A stretch of DNA of 64,000 bases from Magallana gigas. Taxonomy: Eukaryota. Within the stretch, counting starts at the first letter, position 1, and every line of letters starts with the position of its first letter. A model generated the notes under the pieces. The model was not told where the DNA came from. It was given only the letters and a program-made list of their open reading frames with translations, and ran no database searches. A program made the position numbers and the translations under genes. Location: the NCBI RefSeq assembly GCF_963853765.1, contig NC_088859.1, forward strand, positions 33,294,001 to 33,358,000, in the 5' to 3' direction. Below are positions 25,001-39,743 of the stretch, piece by piece.

Positions 25001-28000
25001 TCAAAATTGACGTGCTGGACAAGTAGATTTGGCTGCTTTGATTTGATAATTTTAAGTGGTTATGGATTTCAGTGTATATATAGAATTTTCTATTAAGCTA
25101 AAGTACATTCCGTCAATATTATCCATGGATTGAAATGTAGCAATAATTATCATTCTTGTTATCTTTCTAAATACGTGTAATCGATGATTAATAGAAATTC
25201 CTATTAATTGCTATTACTATAATTTGTAAAGTTTCCATGTAAATTTGTATTGCATTCCATTGAACGATGTTATCCGCATTTGGTTTTCTATTCATTCATC
25301 GAAAATTTGAAATGAAATTTTGACAATGCTAAATACGTTGAGGTTACAATCTCTCAGATTATCATTCGAAGTTGTATATTTAAAACGAAATGTTCCACAA
25401 TTTACCACAGATGTATCATCCATGCTTATTGGGTTTGACACACATGCTGCAAAACTCCGCGCCACCTGGCGGGCGTTTGCAGCACTCATTGGACTGTCGC
25501 TCGTCGCTGGTGTTTGCGTGGTCGCATTCAAGAGGATTTCTGTAAACTGTCTTGTTCTCTAAAAATAAAATAATTTTTATGAAAAAAATATCAATGAAGC
25601 CGTAATTAAGTTTCGTTCAAATTAAGCACATTGTGGTCTTTGAATTTCAAAGAATCGTATACTTGAAATCGTATAAAATCATTCAAATTTTTGTTGAGAG
25701 ACTACGTTTATTTAGTAATTAGTGACCTGAATAAGTTGTTCTTGGACAGGTTCAACTGGAAGATCTTCCACCACTTCAGTCTGGTCCACCGCTCCAGAAA
25801 ACAGATCACTGGTGCTGGTCACTGTCCCATTGGTCTAAAAAATAAGCATTGGAAGATTAGTCCGAAAAACACAATTCACTGCTGGGTTTTGATTTATACA
25901 ATAATACTTCATGAAGTAGCGTTCACAAGAACAAAAATTAAATATAAATGGTCAACTGATATACAGAATTATTATAGTGGTTTTAACCTTTAAGTGGGAG
26001 GACAGGTAGATGGAGGTTGTTGACTGGATGAGTCTCACTACAGCCATGCTGTTTCCTCCAGCATCGGTTATGGTGTAGTTGCGGTCAAAGACACTGAACA
26101 GTTCGTCCAAAGCTCCCGTGTCTTGTAGATTCGTCGGTACCATGCTTGTATCCGGGACCACCTTATAAAATCCAATGCATATGTTACATTAAAGTTTTAA
26201 AATCTAGAGAATTTAAAACTATCTATTGTTAGTTTTAAATTCTCTGAATTTTAAAACTTTAATGTAACTCATATCTAGTATATTTTAGTCAAAAGTCAGA
26301 TGTAAACTATCTAATTTAAAATGTCTGAAAAAAATATTCTAATGAAAATTTCATTCAGTAAAAAAAATGGATTAAATTAAAGCGTCCTAAATAAAACAGA
26401 TTACAGAAACTAGTCGTCGCACGAAATAAAGACAAGGCTTACCCGAACTTCTGTGTCTGCATGGTGAAACACGGCAAAATCCCCATATCGGTCATAAATC
26501 CGAACTTCTATTTCGATTTTGTAGTCTAACGTTTCACTGCCCACCGGCAAGGGAAGTTCAGTTGCCGTACTTTCACCTATTTATGAATCAAACGATGAAA
26601 ACAGTCCTTGTGAACATGTATGCATTTTAACATATAACGTTATATCTCCATACCTAAAAATATTACAAAATTTTACCATAACATGTACAAATTCAAACGT
26701 TGACATTAAAATTTTCTCTTTAATAACAGAAATTATGATTGAAATTGGCAAGCAATAAAACATCTTAATATGTTAGCATGATGAGGTACTCACTTCCTCT
26801 GAAAATCGGAACTGCACTTTGATAGTATTTAGTCGACCCGTCCGTTTCGGGGATATACGCAACGTATTCGTAAACAAGTGGTTCATTAAGTGTCGGGTCA
26901 CGTGTGTCACTTCGCTCTGCATAGATACCTTCGTCACGCCAATCCAGACAAATGACTGAGAAAGAGCTGGTCGAAGCGTTACCTATCCAAGTGAGTAAAA
27001 TTCTGTTCTTATATATGATTTTTTTTACAGCTGTTATAGTAAACTTTCATTTTCAGTTTGCAACCAATGTGCCATGAAAGTAATGATTGTATATCTCTTT
27101 GATATGAGCAATTCAGGAAAGAAATTTCAAAAAATACAATTTCTGAATAATTATCTTTAAACGAATTATTCTTCAACAATATTACAAGTGTAAATATATA
27201 TAATTATACAGGGTGTCCCATAATTTTGATTCCATCTTTTGATTAGATTTATTTAACCAAAATATCAATGCAATTTCAATTTATACGAATTTTAAATGGT
27301 ATTAGATATTTTGGGACACCCTGTCTATATCCAAGTGGCGCTGGAATACCCAACTAATATATCTATATCTTACCAGATATAATTATGCTATATTCAAGTG
27401 ACGTTGGAATAGCCAACTTATATATCTATATCTTACCATATATAATTATACTATATCCAAGTGGCGCTGGAATAGCCAACTTATATATCTATATCTTACC
27501 ATATATAATTATACTATATCCAAGTGGCGCTGGAATAGCCAACTTATATATCTATATCTTACCATATATAATTATACTATATCCAAGTGGCGCTGGAATA
27601 GCCAACTTATATATCTATATCTTACCATATAATTATACTATATCCAAGTGGCGCTGGAATAGCCAACTTATATATCTATATCTTACCATATAATTATACT
27701 ATATCCAAGTGGCGCTGGAATAGCCAACTTATATATCGATATCTTACCAAAGGCCATGACACTCGTGGTACTATGTGTTACGTAGTATTTATTTTGACTT
27801 GAGTAAAAGTGAATTTTACATGTGGGCAGATACCCGATTTTGGATCCGTTACACACGTCCCGTTATAGGGTGGGTAGTTCACTAGTATGCCCCACACAGC
27901 AAGTGTTGGGTCCTTCTCATTGGACGTCATATTTACACTTAAAGTGTACCTCTCTCCTGGCGTTAGTTGATTTGCCTTCAGAGTGATGAACGCCTCGCTA

Positions 28001-31000
28001 ATGGCTAAACATTAAACAAAACATTCAAAATAAAGCAAAAATTACAAAATAGTTATAGTAAGATAATTATACAACAAATTGTGCTTTGTTAGGGATTAAT
28101 AACACAAAAACTTCGACCTGATGAAAATGCAGAAAAGTACGGTTGTTAAAGAAACTGTTACGTGATTATTTGAACCATAAAATTATCTTTGCCATTACAT
28201 GTAACTTTCACTTATCATAATGGAGAGACATGCTCATGGATTGGCAAGATAAATATGACCTGCATTCCTTGATACCATTAATTAAATTCCAAGATTGTTA
28301 TCATAATCCATCTCACTCATCTTTGTTTCATGTTACTTTTTAATTATATAGAAACTGAGACTTTAAAATAATCGCAGCCATTAACCTCATTTGTATGAAT
28401 CATTTACGTCACTCGCCTCATTATTAATTTATGTAATTCCGGTTGAAAAATAATAGAATTATCAATTGCCAATCAAGAAAATAAATCTGTTTTGGCAGAA
28501 AATAGACTTGAGGGGACCTAGAAACGATTTGAGTTAAAAATTAATATTTCATTTTTTATATCTTAAATACTTTACTAGTGTAATTCGAATGATTGACCGA
28601 AATTTAAATGTTAGAGTGCAAGTTATAAGAGACACGGAGATCATGTAAACAAAGTCGAGTCTTATATTTGTTTACATGTAGAATTAAGTAAGGAAGTACC
28701 ATTTCTTTGACAAAATGACTCGTGACAAATAAGATAAACTGATTCAACGTGTTCATAAATGGTATACCAACAGAAAAAAGCAACATTTGATTGAAACTCT
28801 CAGCAATAAATCACATATGTAATTAATATCAAAGACTCGAGCTTTGTTTACAAAACCAAGAAATTCAACTCCTGTATCTTGATTGTAACTCAATATTTAC
28901 TTTCAAATTTTGATGAGGCATTAAAAATATATCCATATTTACAATTCTGTACAGAAAAATTAGAAAAATGAAATTTGAAATTTTGAGCTCAAATGGTGTC
29001 CAAGTCCCTTTTTAACAATAACTTTCCGTAAGAAATAGAGGGAACCATACTCAGAGATGTAAATATATTAGAGTAACCATTTCAATATGAATTAACTGAT
29101 AATTTGAATGATTATTGCATTCAAAAACTTGTCTGATTACAGAATTGTGTATCAATGAATAGGCGACTTGAAACGTAAATAATCAAAGTAAGTCAATGAG
29201 TCGACATCAGATCATGGTCTGTAGCCAGAAAACTATAAAAATGGAATACATTCATTAATTATATTTTATATATGGTAAAAAAGGAGGTTAACTGCTTATA
29301 GCCACAATATAACAAAACTGTGTCTTTGATGTAGGTTGATGTTTTTAAAAAAAAAGCGAATTATAATGATAAATGATTGCAACTGAATTGACAAATCCGT
29401 TTTATAATGAAATCTCGGAAATCTTAAAGGTTTCAGGAGGCAAACACCGCTTTTTATTATGTCTACACAGGGCGCTTTCGTTAATTGGTAAACACTAATT
29501 ATTGATGTTCAATTCTCGGCAGTTGCAATTGAATACATTTTTCCCAAGTTTTTATTGATTAAAGTCATCCATTTGATATTTTGGAATGAAAAAAAAAATT
29601 CTTAGCAGGAGCCAGAAAACAATTCACACTAGATTTGCATTTACTCGTGCCGGTATCCGGTACCCAGTTCAACACATTCATACTCAGTCCAGAAAATCCG
29701 CCCTATTCACTGTAGGGTGTATTTTAACCTTTGCTTTTACCTATTTATGTAATGAAAAAATATCATATTCTCTGGGTATTGTTAATGTCATGATCTTTCA
29801 TTGTTAGCTCTCCGACTAAATATTAATACACTCGACAAAGTATCATTGATCGTGAACTGGGCAATATTTTCTATCTTTGCAGTCTGTGTATTTGATATTA
29901 TCAACGTAAAATTAATGCAGTTGTGGCACATCATTTTTTAAAATGCTAATAAAGGCTATTATTCATATTCTGCATCTCGTATTGAGCAAAATTTAAACAA
30001 CACAATGGTATAGATTTGCAAAAACAGATTATTTTTCCTTACTTTGCCGTCTAAAAGAAGAGGCGAAAGCATTGTCAAATTGCTTTTTGATACACTAACT
30101 CTTATTTTGTATTACTAACTCAGAATCATTGATGTACATGTGTTCCATATTTTCAATGACAGTGCTAAATATTCCAGCCTTATGTTATTTTTTTTTGGGG
30201 GGGGGGGTGTCATTACAATACCCTTGTGTAAAAAATACTATGATACAGATTCAATAGGAGTTTTTTTCTAGAAAGAAAGAAAAAGAGTTCTTACGAGTTT
30301 CAGTCATGTTAATCAAAGACGGAATATCTTCGTAAGTTCCGTTAATAAAATGTTGCAATTTCCATTCATATTCTAAAACAGCGTTTGGTGTACAATCGTA
30401 GCAAATGGCAGTAATGCTCAACATTGACGTCACAGCGTACTTTTCCAAACAATTCATAGAACATCTGCAATGTAAGTATAAAAAAATAAATACAATGTTT
30501 TTAATTCTAAGATGAAATTGTGTAAATACTGGTTTGTTCCTTACCAACAAGTTTTTCCAGACAATTACTAGTAAATGATCTCAGGTGTATATACAGTAAA
30601 ATCAAATTTTGTTCGCCACTTACACGATGTTGACATCGTGGGGGATCGAGGAGACCACCTGTAGAAGCTGAGTGTAGTAAGACACTAGCTCGTCCTTGGC
30701 TACAGCCACCACGATGACGAAACCCACGTTTGGCTCCGATAGAGGTAAGGTTATGACTCCATTTGTAGGGAAAGCTTCATAATAATATATCGTATAGTTG
30801 TAATAAAATTCATGATCAAGTATATTGAATGATATATGTGATTCTTTAAGTAAACGATCTTTATCATTGAAGTTTGACCATCATATTTACTGTCATTATA
30901 ATCATTTGACAAAAGCTAGACAGTAAAGTACAATAAAAATGGTTTATATTTCTGATTGCCTTGTCAAAATGCAAAAGGTTTCATATACACTACAATAGTC

Positions 31001-34000
31001 GAAACTTAAAATGGCAATTTACTCTTCGATTAATTTTATCAAAGTTAATCTTTTATTACATATTGTTCATAAAATGTCAATGAACAACAGCTAATGAAAA
31101 TAATGGATAGTGGGGAAAAAACTCAAACTGTTAATCGTCTGTAACGAATGTGGGATTACAAAAGGTTCTTGTATAACTTGCGGCATAGATCTAGAGCAGT
31201 CTCGATATTTATACTATAGCTGTAGAAAACTTGAGTACAAGTTCTCAGATCTCGTGGGTATACGCATTGTGGTGCACCCATAACCTAGAAAATATGGGTT
31301 AAGTTATGTTAATTATAGATTCGTACCCGAGTCTGTACTGTTAGTGGTGTTACCAGATGTCAGATTGCCACCGACACGAAATAAATTCCTGCAATCATTC
31401 GCGAGACTTGGTCCGTACGATATATAATAATCAAGTCCTCCATTTCTGTTATATAGTTCATCTAGCTCTATGATATCTGATGTCAACTCTCTGTGTTAAA
31501 AAAAATAATGACAAAAGTTTTGAGTTTTCATGATGCAATTAATGTTTAGCTCAATCTATCAATCATGTGTTAAGTTCTCCCATTTATCATTTCTAGTGAC
31601 ACAGATACATGTAGTTACTGAAAATCAACTGTGTAACTCAATACGTTTAAATAATGTGTACAAATTTTAATTTTACTTACTTGTTGCAATACCAAGTGAA
31701 TGTCAATTCTTCGTTAAAACCATATCCCAACTGAGCATCGTACGATTCCGTTTTTGCGTCCAAATCTATTTCTCCGGAAGTGAAAGAAACAATGTACTTT
31801 GACCCACGAACAATGTGGGCATACGGTTTCGGCTTTTCAAATTTTATAAACGTGTATTCTTGCATCCATGTCCCATCCAAGGTCACGTTCAAACTGACCT
31901 TGTACAAGCCTGCTGGAATTGATCCTTTTGCAAATCGCACAGAACCTGTGGGTCTAAAAACGGGGGTGTAATTGTAAACATCTTCATCCATCCCTGTTAC
32001 ATTATAATACGTCCAATCGTAATCTGGACCCCTTTCTGGGCAATACACAAGCATGCGACTGGCTAGATCAACGTCTTTTGAGGTCAAAACAATCATGGGT
32101 GTTGTTCGATTGGAATACTGGCGATCGAAAATACCATTAATGGAAAAACATTCGTTCTTTACTAGAATTATGGAATTATTTGTATAGGTGTGGGCAAAGT
32201 TTTTACAGAGCAACTGGAAAAAGTGAAACCCTAGAGTGAGGTACTGGTAGTTATATACGATTGGATCACCATCAGTAAGGTTTTTTAATCTCGCGTGGAT
32301 TGCTTTGTCGATTCGATCTCCTGAAATGAATTCACACCTGATGTCGAGAACAGGGTCGGCGCCGTCCGGGACGCCAAATATAAACACTGCATTTCCTGGC
32401 GGAAGTTCAAGTTCAGACGGAACAGTCATATTTATTCCCACAAAAACATAGTCAACTCCAACATGAAACGGCAAATATAGTAATTCTGTAACTGTTCCAT
32501 TATAAGCAATGACTTTGGGCAAGTATTGACCTCGAAGATTATATATTGCAGTTTCAGAAACTGGGATTCCCGCAGATGCAGTACGAGTTCTCGGCGGCTC
32601 TATACTCAAATCCATTTCGTATGTTGCAGTTCCAAGCAAGTCTTTTGCCGTAAAGGTGAACACATCCTTTCCTGGACTGCCTTCGTACTTATCTGATGAA
32701 AAGTTTGCAACGCCCATCTTGATTTCGAACGGAATTTCTTCTTTCTCGGAACCATAAGTAACTTTAAGGATGCCATTAAATATTCCTCTGTCTTGAAATT
32801 CGTGCGTATAATTGAATGTAGGGTTTTCTAATGCTACCGGAGGACTACCGTCGCCGAAGTCCCACTCAAATTTCACTCGAGGGGGCACATAATTCATTTG
32901 ATACAACTGTGCACTGAATGTCACTGCAACCGGTACACTGCCTATTTCCCCAAAAGGCAGTAACTCTGTTGCATTGCCTCTTAATGTCATGTTCATAGGG
33001 ACTTCGGGCGGATGATTTACTATGAAATCTGCTATATCGAAATCTCTGATTGTAACGTTAGCAAAACCTGTCCATGAGCTAACTAAATTGCTACATTCAA
33101 ATAAAACTTTTTTACTTTTAGCAGAATTTTTAACATCATATTGATAACTTTTGGTCAATGGTGACCCATAAACAAACGTTGTCGGTTGATTGTCAAAACT
33201 TTTATCTTCAAAATCGAATTTACACGTAACATTGGTTGGGGAAGGCCGGTCTTCCATCATTGTAATATTGAAAATACCAAAACCGTCATCTATCGGGAAA
33301 TCCCCACCGGTTGGATTCAATTTCATGGTCGGTATCGGGTGTTGAGCAGTAATGTCAAATGTCTGAACAACAGCATAAAATGGATTCCATGCAGCCATGA
33401 TAACAGTATATCTACCCGGAACAGGGTAGTCAAATACCCAGGGAGTAACGCTAAAATTACTGTAGTAGATCAGGTCAGTTGTTGTAGCCATATCCCCATT
33501 CCCATACTCAATAGTGTATCTAAATCCCGCGTTTGGAGGGTTCAGAAAATTAAAAGTCGAACCTATTCCGATTGTTGAAAGGGACGATGAATTCAAAGTC
33601 ATATTGAGTTGGTCCCAGGCATAAAATGAAAAATTAAAGAGTTGATATCCCACGGCGTTTCTTACTTTTGCAACAAGGGTGTAGTTTCCCTGGATTAGGT
33701 ATTGACAAGTTAACGAGCTCCCATCCACAGATGTAATATTTTGAAACAACGGATTTAGCCTAGTAGTGTCGTTTTGGCCGTTACCATACAAAACCTCAAG
33801 GTACAGTTCGCCCATCGATATTACCTCTGTAATCGTCAAATTATTGGTAAGAGTGACAACAAACGGCTCCTGGGTTGAATACAGGCCCGGTGTGGTCTCA
33901 ACAACAAAGCTGACAGGCCGTCGAATGCCCATCACATTTATAGTTTTGTGCGTTGATGTGACGCCGTTTCTTACGAACACTGTAATGTTGTACGAGCGCA

Positions 34001-37000
34001 TTTCTGTGAACGTGAACGTTTTGACCACGTTTCTGACGGCTCCTTGATATGCGTCAATGCAGGTTGTTATATTTTGATCAACCATCCACTCAATTTCCAC
34101 ATTGGATCCAGTTGTCATGGTGACAAAGAAATCAGCAGGGTCAACCAGTGGAATGTATGTTCCGTAGGCAGTTTGGAGCTAAGAGTTAATGATTAAAGAA
34201 ATACTATTTTAAAAATGCAAGAGAGTCAAATAAAAGCTATTTTCAACAAAAAGAACTACTTAGAGAGAATTATTCGTATTTAAAGAAATGTGTTTTTCCT
34301 ATCAACTCTAAGAAGAAATTACATTTAATCCCGTTATCGCTTCTTCGTGATAAACAATCAAATCTTTGTTCCTGCCGGATCCTTTACACGGTTGAACTTC
34401 CGTCCTGAGTAAATACGTTCCAAGGGCCGGTAACTTGGATGAATCCAGAGTCACCGATGCTACGGTATTGGACGTCAGGACGGATACCACAGTGTCGTTG
34501 TTGTCTAGATAGGCCAGTACAGACAGGTCTGAACCGGAACTCTGAACAGCGAACGATATAGACTTTATCGAGTTTAAGGAGAGTCTGACAAAGTTATCGT
34601 TCAGTGACGTAGGTTCCAGGTATGTGACACTTCCGGTTGTGATACTTGAATCTGTGTATATAAGGATAAATTATGAAAAAAAATTACTGTATAAAGTTAT
34701 GAATGTTGAAGCTTTTAAACTTATTCACAAGATTAGTTTCTTCCATTGCTTTTTAAAATGTGATATTATGAGAAAATTGGCATATAGAGGCATGGTCAAA
34801 AAATTAACGATCAGATCTATGTAAAATTTTAAGATCTGATTTGTTTAGCTGTAAACTATTATTTGGTAAAGAAAAATTATATAACTCTACCTTTAAAATT
34901 TGGTATTTTCCTATATTTAGCTCTCCTTCTAAAGGAGATCAATACAGTCTAAAAATGGCCGCGACCATCGATCCCTCCTAAATACCCCAACAGTATATAT
35001 ATTGCCTCCTATTCTAACATGCATAAGCTATTTTTAATTCGATTTTTCCATCAACAACAAAAAATTATTCCAAGCTTAAACCTTAAAAATTAATTATAGA
35101 TTCTATATGTTGCTTTTTCTACAAAGGACTTATTATAAAATGCGTTTTCTTTATCAGATATAAATGGAAAAATCCGAAAATATACTATATCTGGGGGGGG
35201 GGGGGGTTTCTTTCGCATATTGCCATATTTTATTTTAAAGGGAGAAAAAATTGTAACTTTTTTGGCGTCAGTCATTTTGCGTAAAATAAAAAGCTTCTTA
35301 TAGCAAAAAATAAGAGATATAATTTGTGTGCATTTCATTTTTTGCGCTGTTAAAGTGCTCGCAAGAAAATTAGATCATCGCGAAAACTACCGGTAAGCTA
35401 AAAGATGTATACCTGTTGCACAGTCACATCCCATTAGAGTAACCTGTAAGCTACAGTCTCCAGAGCACGCCGTGGGAACAATCCGGAAGTAAGAACCATA
35501 AAGAGGCTGTGTAAACGTCAGGGTAGCGGAAGGTATTGCCTGTTTATAGATGAAAATGATTATGAAGTAAAAGAACTTTAAATTATTGACACGGTGCATT
35601 TTTGTACACATACACACACTGACCGTAAGACCATAACCTGTGATTATACTATTAGATATTTATATTCACGAGTTTTAACCGATTCATGCTTAAACACTCA
35701 TCGTGGAAATTTCACATTGTTATTGAAATCATTTCAAAAGTTGAATTTTGATTCAAGTCTCCTCTCAATTCATGGTCTTAGGGTCTTGATTTTCACTGTT
35801 TTGTACCAGACTCTCCCAAATGACGCCATCAAAACTGGTCATTACGTCACAAGCCGTGGTTGTGCCTTCGAGGTTTAACGACACGAATTTGTGCGGTTGA
35901 GAAAAGGTTGCCTGAAAGGAATAGAAAAAGATTTTACATAGTAAGGTTATTTTTATTGTATTCAGAATTTTGTTCATCAATATTGAAACTGAGGCTTGTT
36001 ATTATAAAGCGAAAGAACACTTTCCAAAAAAGTTCATTGATATTACAATAGATTAAAATTGAAATTTTCCTGGCCGCCAGAAAGCGGTCGTTTATATGGT
36101 ATGAAAGGAAAAAGTGACTACACGCGTTTCTGTGAAGCTACATGAATTGTTAACATCTAGTTCAGCCAACCACTTTGTCAAGGCAACGAAGCTTTGCTTA
36201 AAGGAAGCGTGGGGTTGAACGAGTTCAATTATGAAAACCAATTATAATCAAAGTACAGAAGTACTGATGGAAGATGTTATAGTGGATTATTATTTGGTTT
36301 GTATTATATTGTTTATTTGCTAAAATCCATATGAATTATACGCAGTTGTAACATATGTACATACATGTAATTATAAACATATCCATACACTCTATCTAAG
36401 CAAAAGCTCACGTCACTAGTAGTAATAATGTTATGCAATATTCTACAAAGAAAAATATTATTCATAAATGCACATTCATAGGAGGAGATACCCTATTAAT
36501 CAATAAATCAAAAAGTTATGTAAATGATAATAATAATGGTAATACATTAATTGGATATACGAATAGTCTGACATTCCCGTTTTTTACCAGCCTCACGCAG
36601 ATACATTGCGAGATGGCACAATTGTTTGCGATTATGAATGGCGAGGAGTTGAACTAACTTAAACATTGAAGGACAAGTCCAGTGATATTTTTTAAATACA
36701 ATACGCGTAGACATTTATAAAAAGGACAGATAAGTATAAAATGGAATTCATCCTCGACTTCACCTAAATTACAATATTTGCAGATGCGCATCGATATGAC
36801 AGTTCCATTATAACGGCCTTGCTCTACCAAAAGCATCTGCGATGACAGTCGATATTTTGTTAAAAAGGACAACAAGGTTTTCCGGAATATTTTTACGCAA
36901 ATAAAATTGTAAGGAAAAAGTGTCCAGCAGATACTTGTACAATAAACATTTAGAGGATGACTCGAAAAATGCATCTTCCTGTATAAAAACATCAGACAAC

Positions 37001-39704
37001 CTCTGCTTTACAATTTTTAAGAAAACATTAATGTTAGCCACACTCTGTGAAAGCCATACTTCATGCATACCCAGTGATACTAATAATTCTCTGACATTAA
37101 AACACCATGTATTTGGTATCAATTGTGAAACCAATTCTTCATAAATATTGCGTAATGTACAATTTTCTGTTTTAATCAATTTCAACCAATACTTAATGAT
37201 GCGCAATTTACGAATAATACTCATGGGTAGACGACCTAACTCTGTATAAACCATGAAGTTTGACGTACATTTTTTAGCTTTCAAAATTCTTTTACAAAAG
37301 TTTGTGTGAACGCGTTCTATTTCATCACCAGAATGAAAACCCCATATTTCGGAGCCATAGTTAAGAACGCTAGATACATATGTATCAAAAATGCTTAGTT
37401 TAGTCTCAATATTTAAATAAGTTTCATTACACACCTTCTGAATACCAAACATACATTTTCTACCCTGCATTGCAATTGTTTTCTGTGTAACATAAAAATT
37501 CCCATTAAAATTAATGTTGATTCCTAAATAATTGAAACAATTAACAATCTCAACATGCTTTTGGTCATAAGTCCAAACATTATTTTTACACATTTTGCCC
37601 GCATGTCGAAAAACAACTATTTTTATTTTATCAGTGTTCACACCAATATTCCAATCATTACTAAATTGATACAGTTGAATCAACATACTCTGTAGACTCT
37701 CTCGTGAATTAGCTATTAACACAGTGTCATCAGCATACATTAAAAGAAAAAGCGAAAGGTCTCTTAAATCAACAGGTTCATAGCAACTTCGTATAAAATC
37801 CATTTCAAAATCATTAATATATAGTGAAAAAAGAAAAGGCGACAATGCCTCTCCTTGCATAAGTCTAGTTGTAGACGAAAAATAATTTGACAGTTCAGAC
37901 TTATACACATGTATTTAACACATGATTTTAACTCGTAATAAACATGCTTAATAATACTTAACAACTTTCCCGTGATTCCATTTGTGGCAAGTTTGTATAA
38001 TAGCTTGTTTCTATTCACACTATCAAACGCTTTTCTATAATCAACAAAACAACAATATAATTTCTTTTTCTTTTTCAAATACAAAGATACTAAACTCGTA
38101 CGTGCAAAAATGGCATCTGTGGTACTTTACCCTGGCTTAAACCCAAACTGCGCATCACTTATGATACCATTGTCGTCAGACCAACGAAGTAATCTATTGT
38201 TCAACACAGTGATAAATATTTTTGCTAGATTACTAACCAGAGTTATTCCCCTGTAGTTGTTTACATCATTGGTGTTACCTTTTTTAAAAAGTGGAATTAT
38301 TACACCCACGGACCAGCTCCTTGGGAAAGAACCTGCATCAAAAATTTTATTAAAAAGTCTAACTAAAACTGGCAGAAAAACTCTTTAAATTTAACAAAGT
38401 ATTCATTGAACAGATGATCTGTTCCAGCAGCTTTACCACATTTTAATTTTTTTAATACAGAAAGTAATTCCTCTTCGTCTATAGCTTTATCTAATTCACT
38501 AAAAACAACCTCAGTGCTCGCCTGCACAGAAAATTGACTTTCAATGTATACAGTATTTTCATCTACGTTACAAACACTCTTAAAATGTTGATAAAAAGCA
38601 TCTAAATCTAAAGTACTATTGTTTTTCTTTTCTTGAAAATTTTGTAAAACTGATGATTTAGATTGTGTTTTCTTAAATTGTTAAGTCTATTACCTTCGTG
38701 TCTGACAAACCTCGTTCTAGTTCTAAGTACATGCTTTTTGTAGACACGTTTGTTTTCACATAAAGTGATACGATTTTGAACAGACCTTTCCCAATTAAAA
38801 ATACGTAAGGAGCTTTTATATACTTTGCGGAGCTCTTTACACTTGTCATCGAAACATATCTTATTACTACTAGAAGACATTTTGTTAATAGACGAACCAC
38901 ATGGAAAGTTAGATACATTACAAATAAGCATAAAAACACTGTTTAATATACTAGTGAAATTATTCACAACCTGATCTATACTAAAGGTCCCACAGTCCAT
39001 TTTCTCTAAAAGACTGTAAAAATCAGACACTTTACTGTGTAAAATACATCTCATGGACTCAAAAGCTTCCTCATTCCATCTTAATACACTGCCAGCCGTT
39101 ACATTACAGCAGAAAAATGTTTTCATTGTTATATCATTGATAGCTTTTAACATTATGAATACACAATTCAACTAGAGCGTGGTCTGACCATTCATTAAAA
39201 TCTTTCACAGTAACACTCGATTGCATCAAAATTGTCTTTACTAACTAAAACATAATATATGACACTCTAACCTAAATGATTAAAAAATTAATAATTTGCC
39301 CCGAGTATCCCCAGAAACCCTGCCATTACATATTCTAAGACCAGAGGCTCGACATAGTTCGAGTAATCTACGACCAAAATTATTGACATGTTTGTCTTCC
39401 GATTTACGTGAACAAGTATAAATCCTTATCACATGACAAAAATGCTATTTATGATATTTAACAAATCGTTAGACAAAATATCAAATTCAACATAATCTTT
39501 TGATTCACCAACACGACTATTAAAATCTCCAGCTATTATAATAACACCCATATCAATGTACTTCGCAATATAGCATAACAGAGTGTCAAAAAGGTCAATA
39601 TCATAATTAATATAGAATACACTGTTTTCGTGTGCAATGTAGACGAAACAGATATAAACGTCATTTTTATAAATACCTGACAATTTTACCCAAAACGTCA
39701 CCAA

Positions 39705-39743
<39 letters not shown>

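Noticed and set aside
27385-27693. Repeat protein (21-aa units)
   Set aside because: Artifact of the 63-bp minisatellite in an intron, antisense to the host gene.
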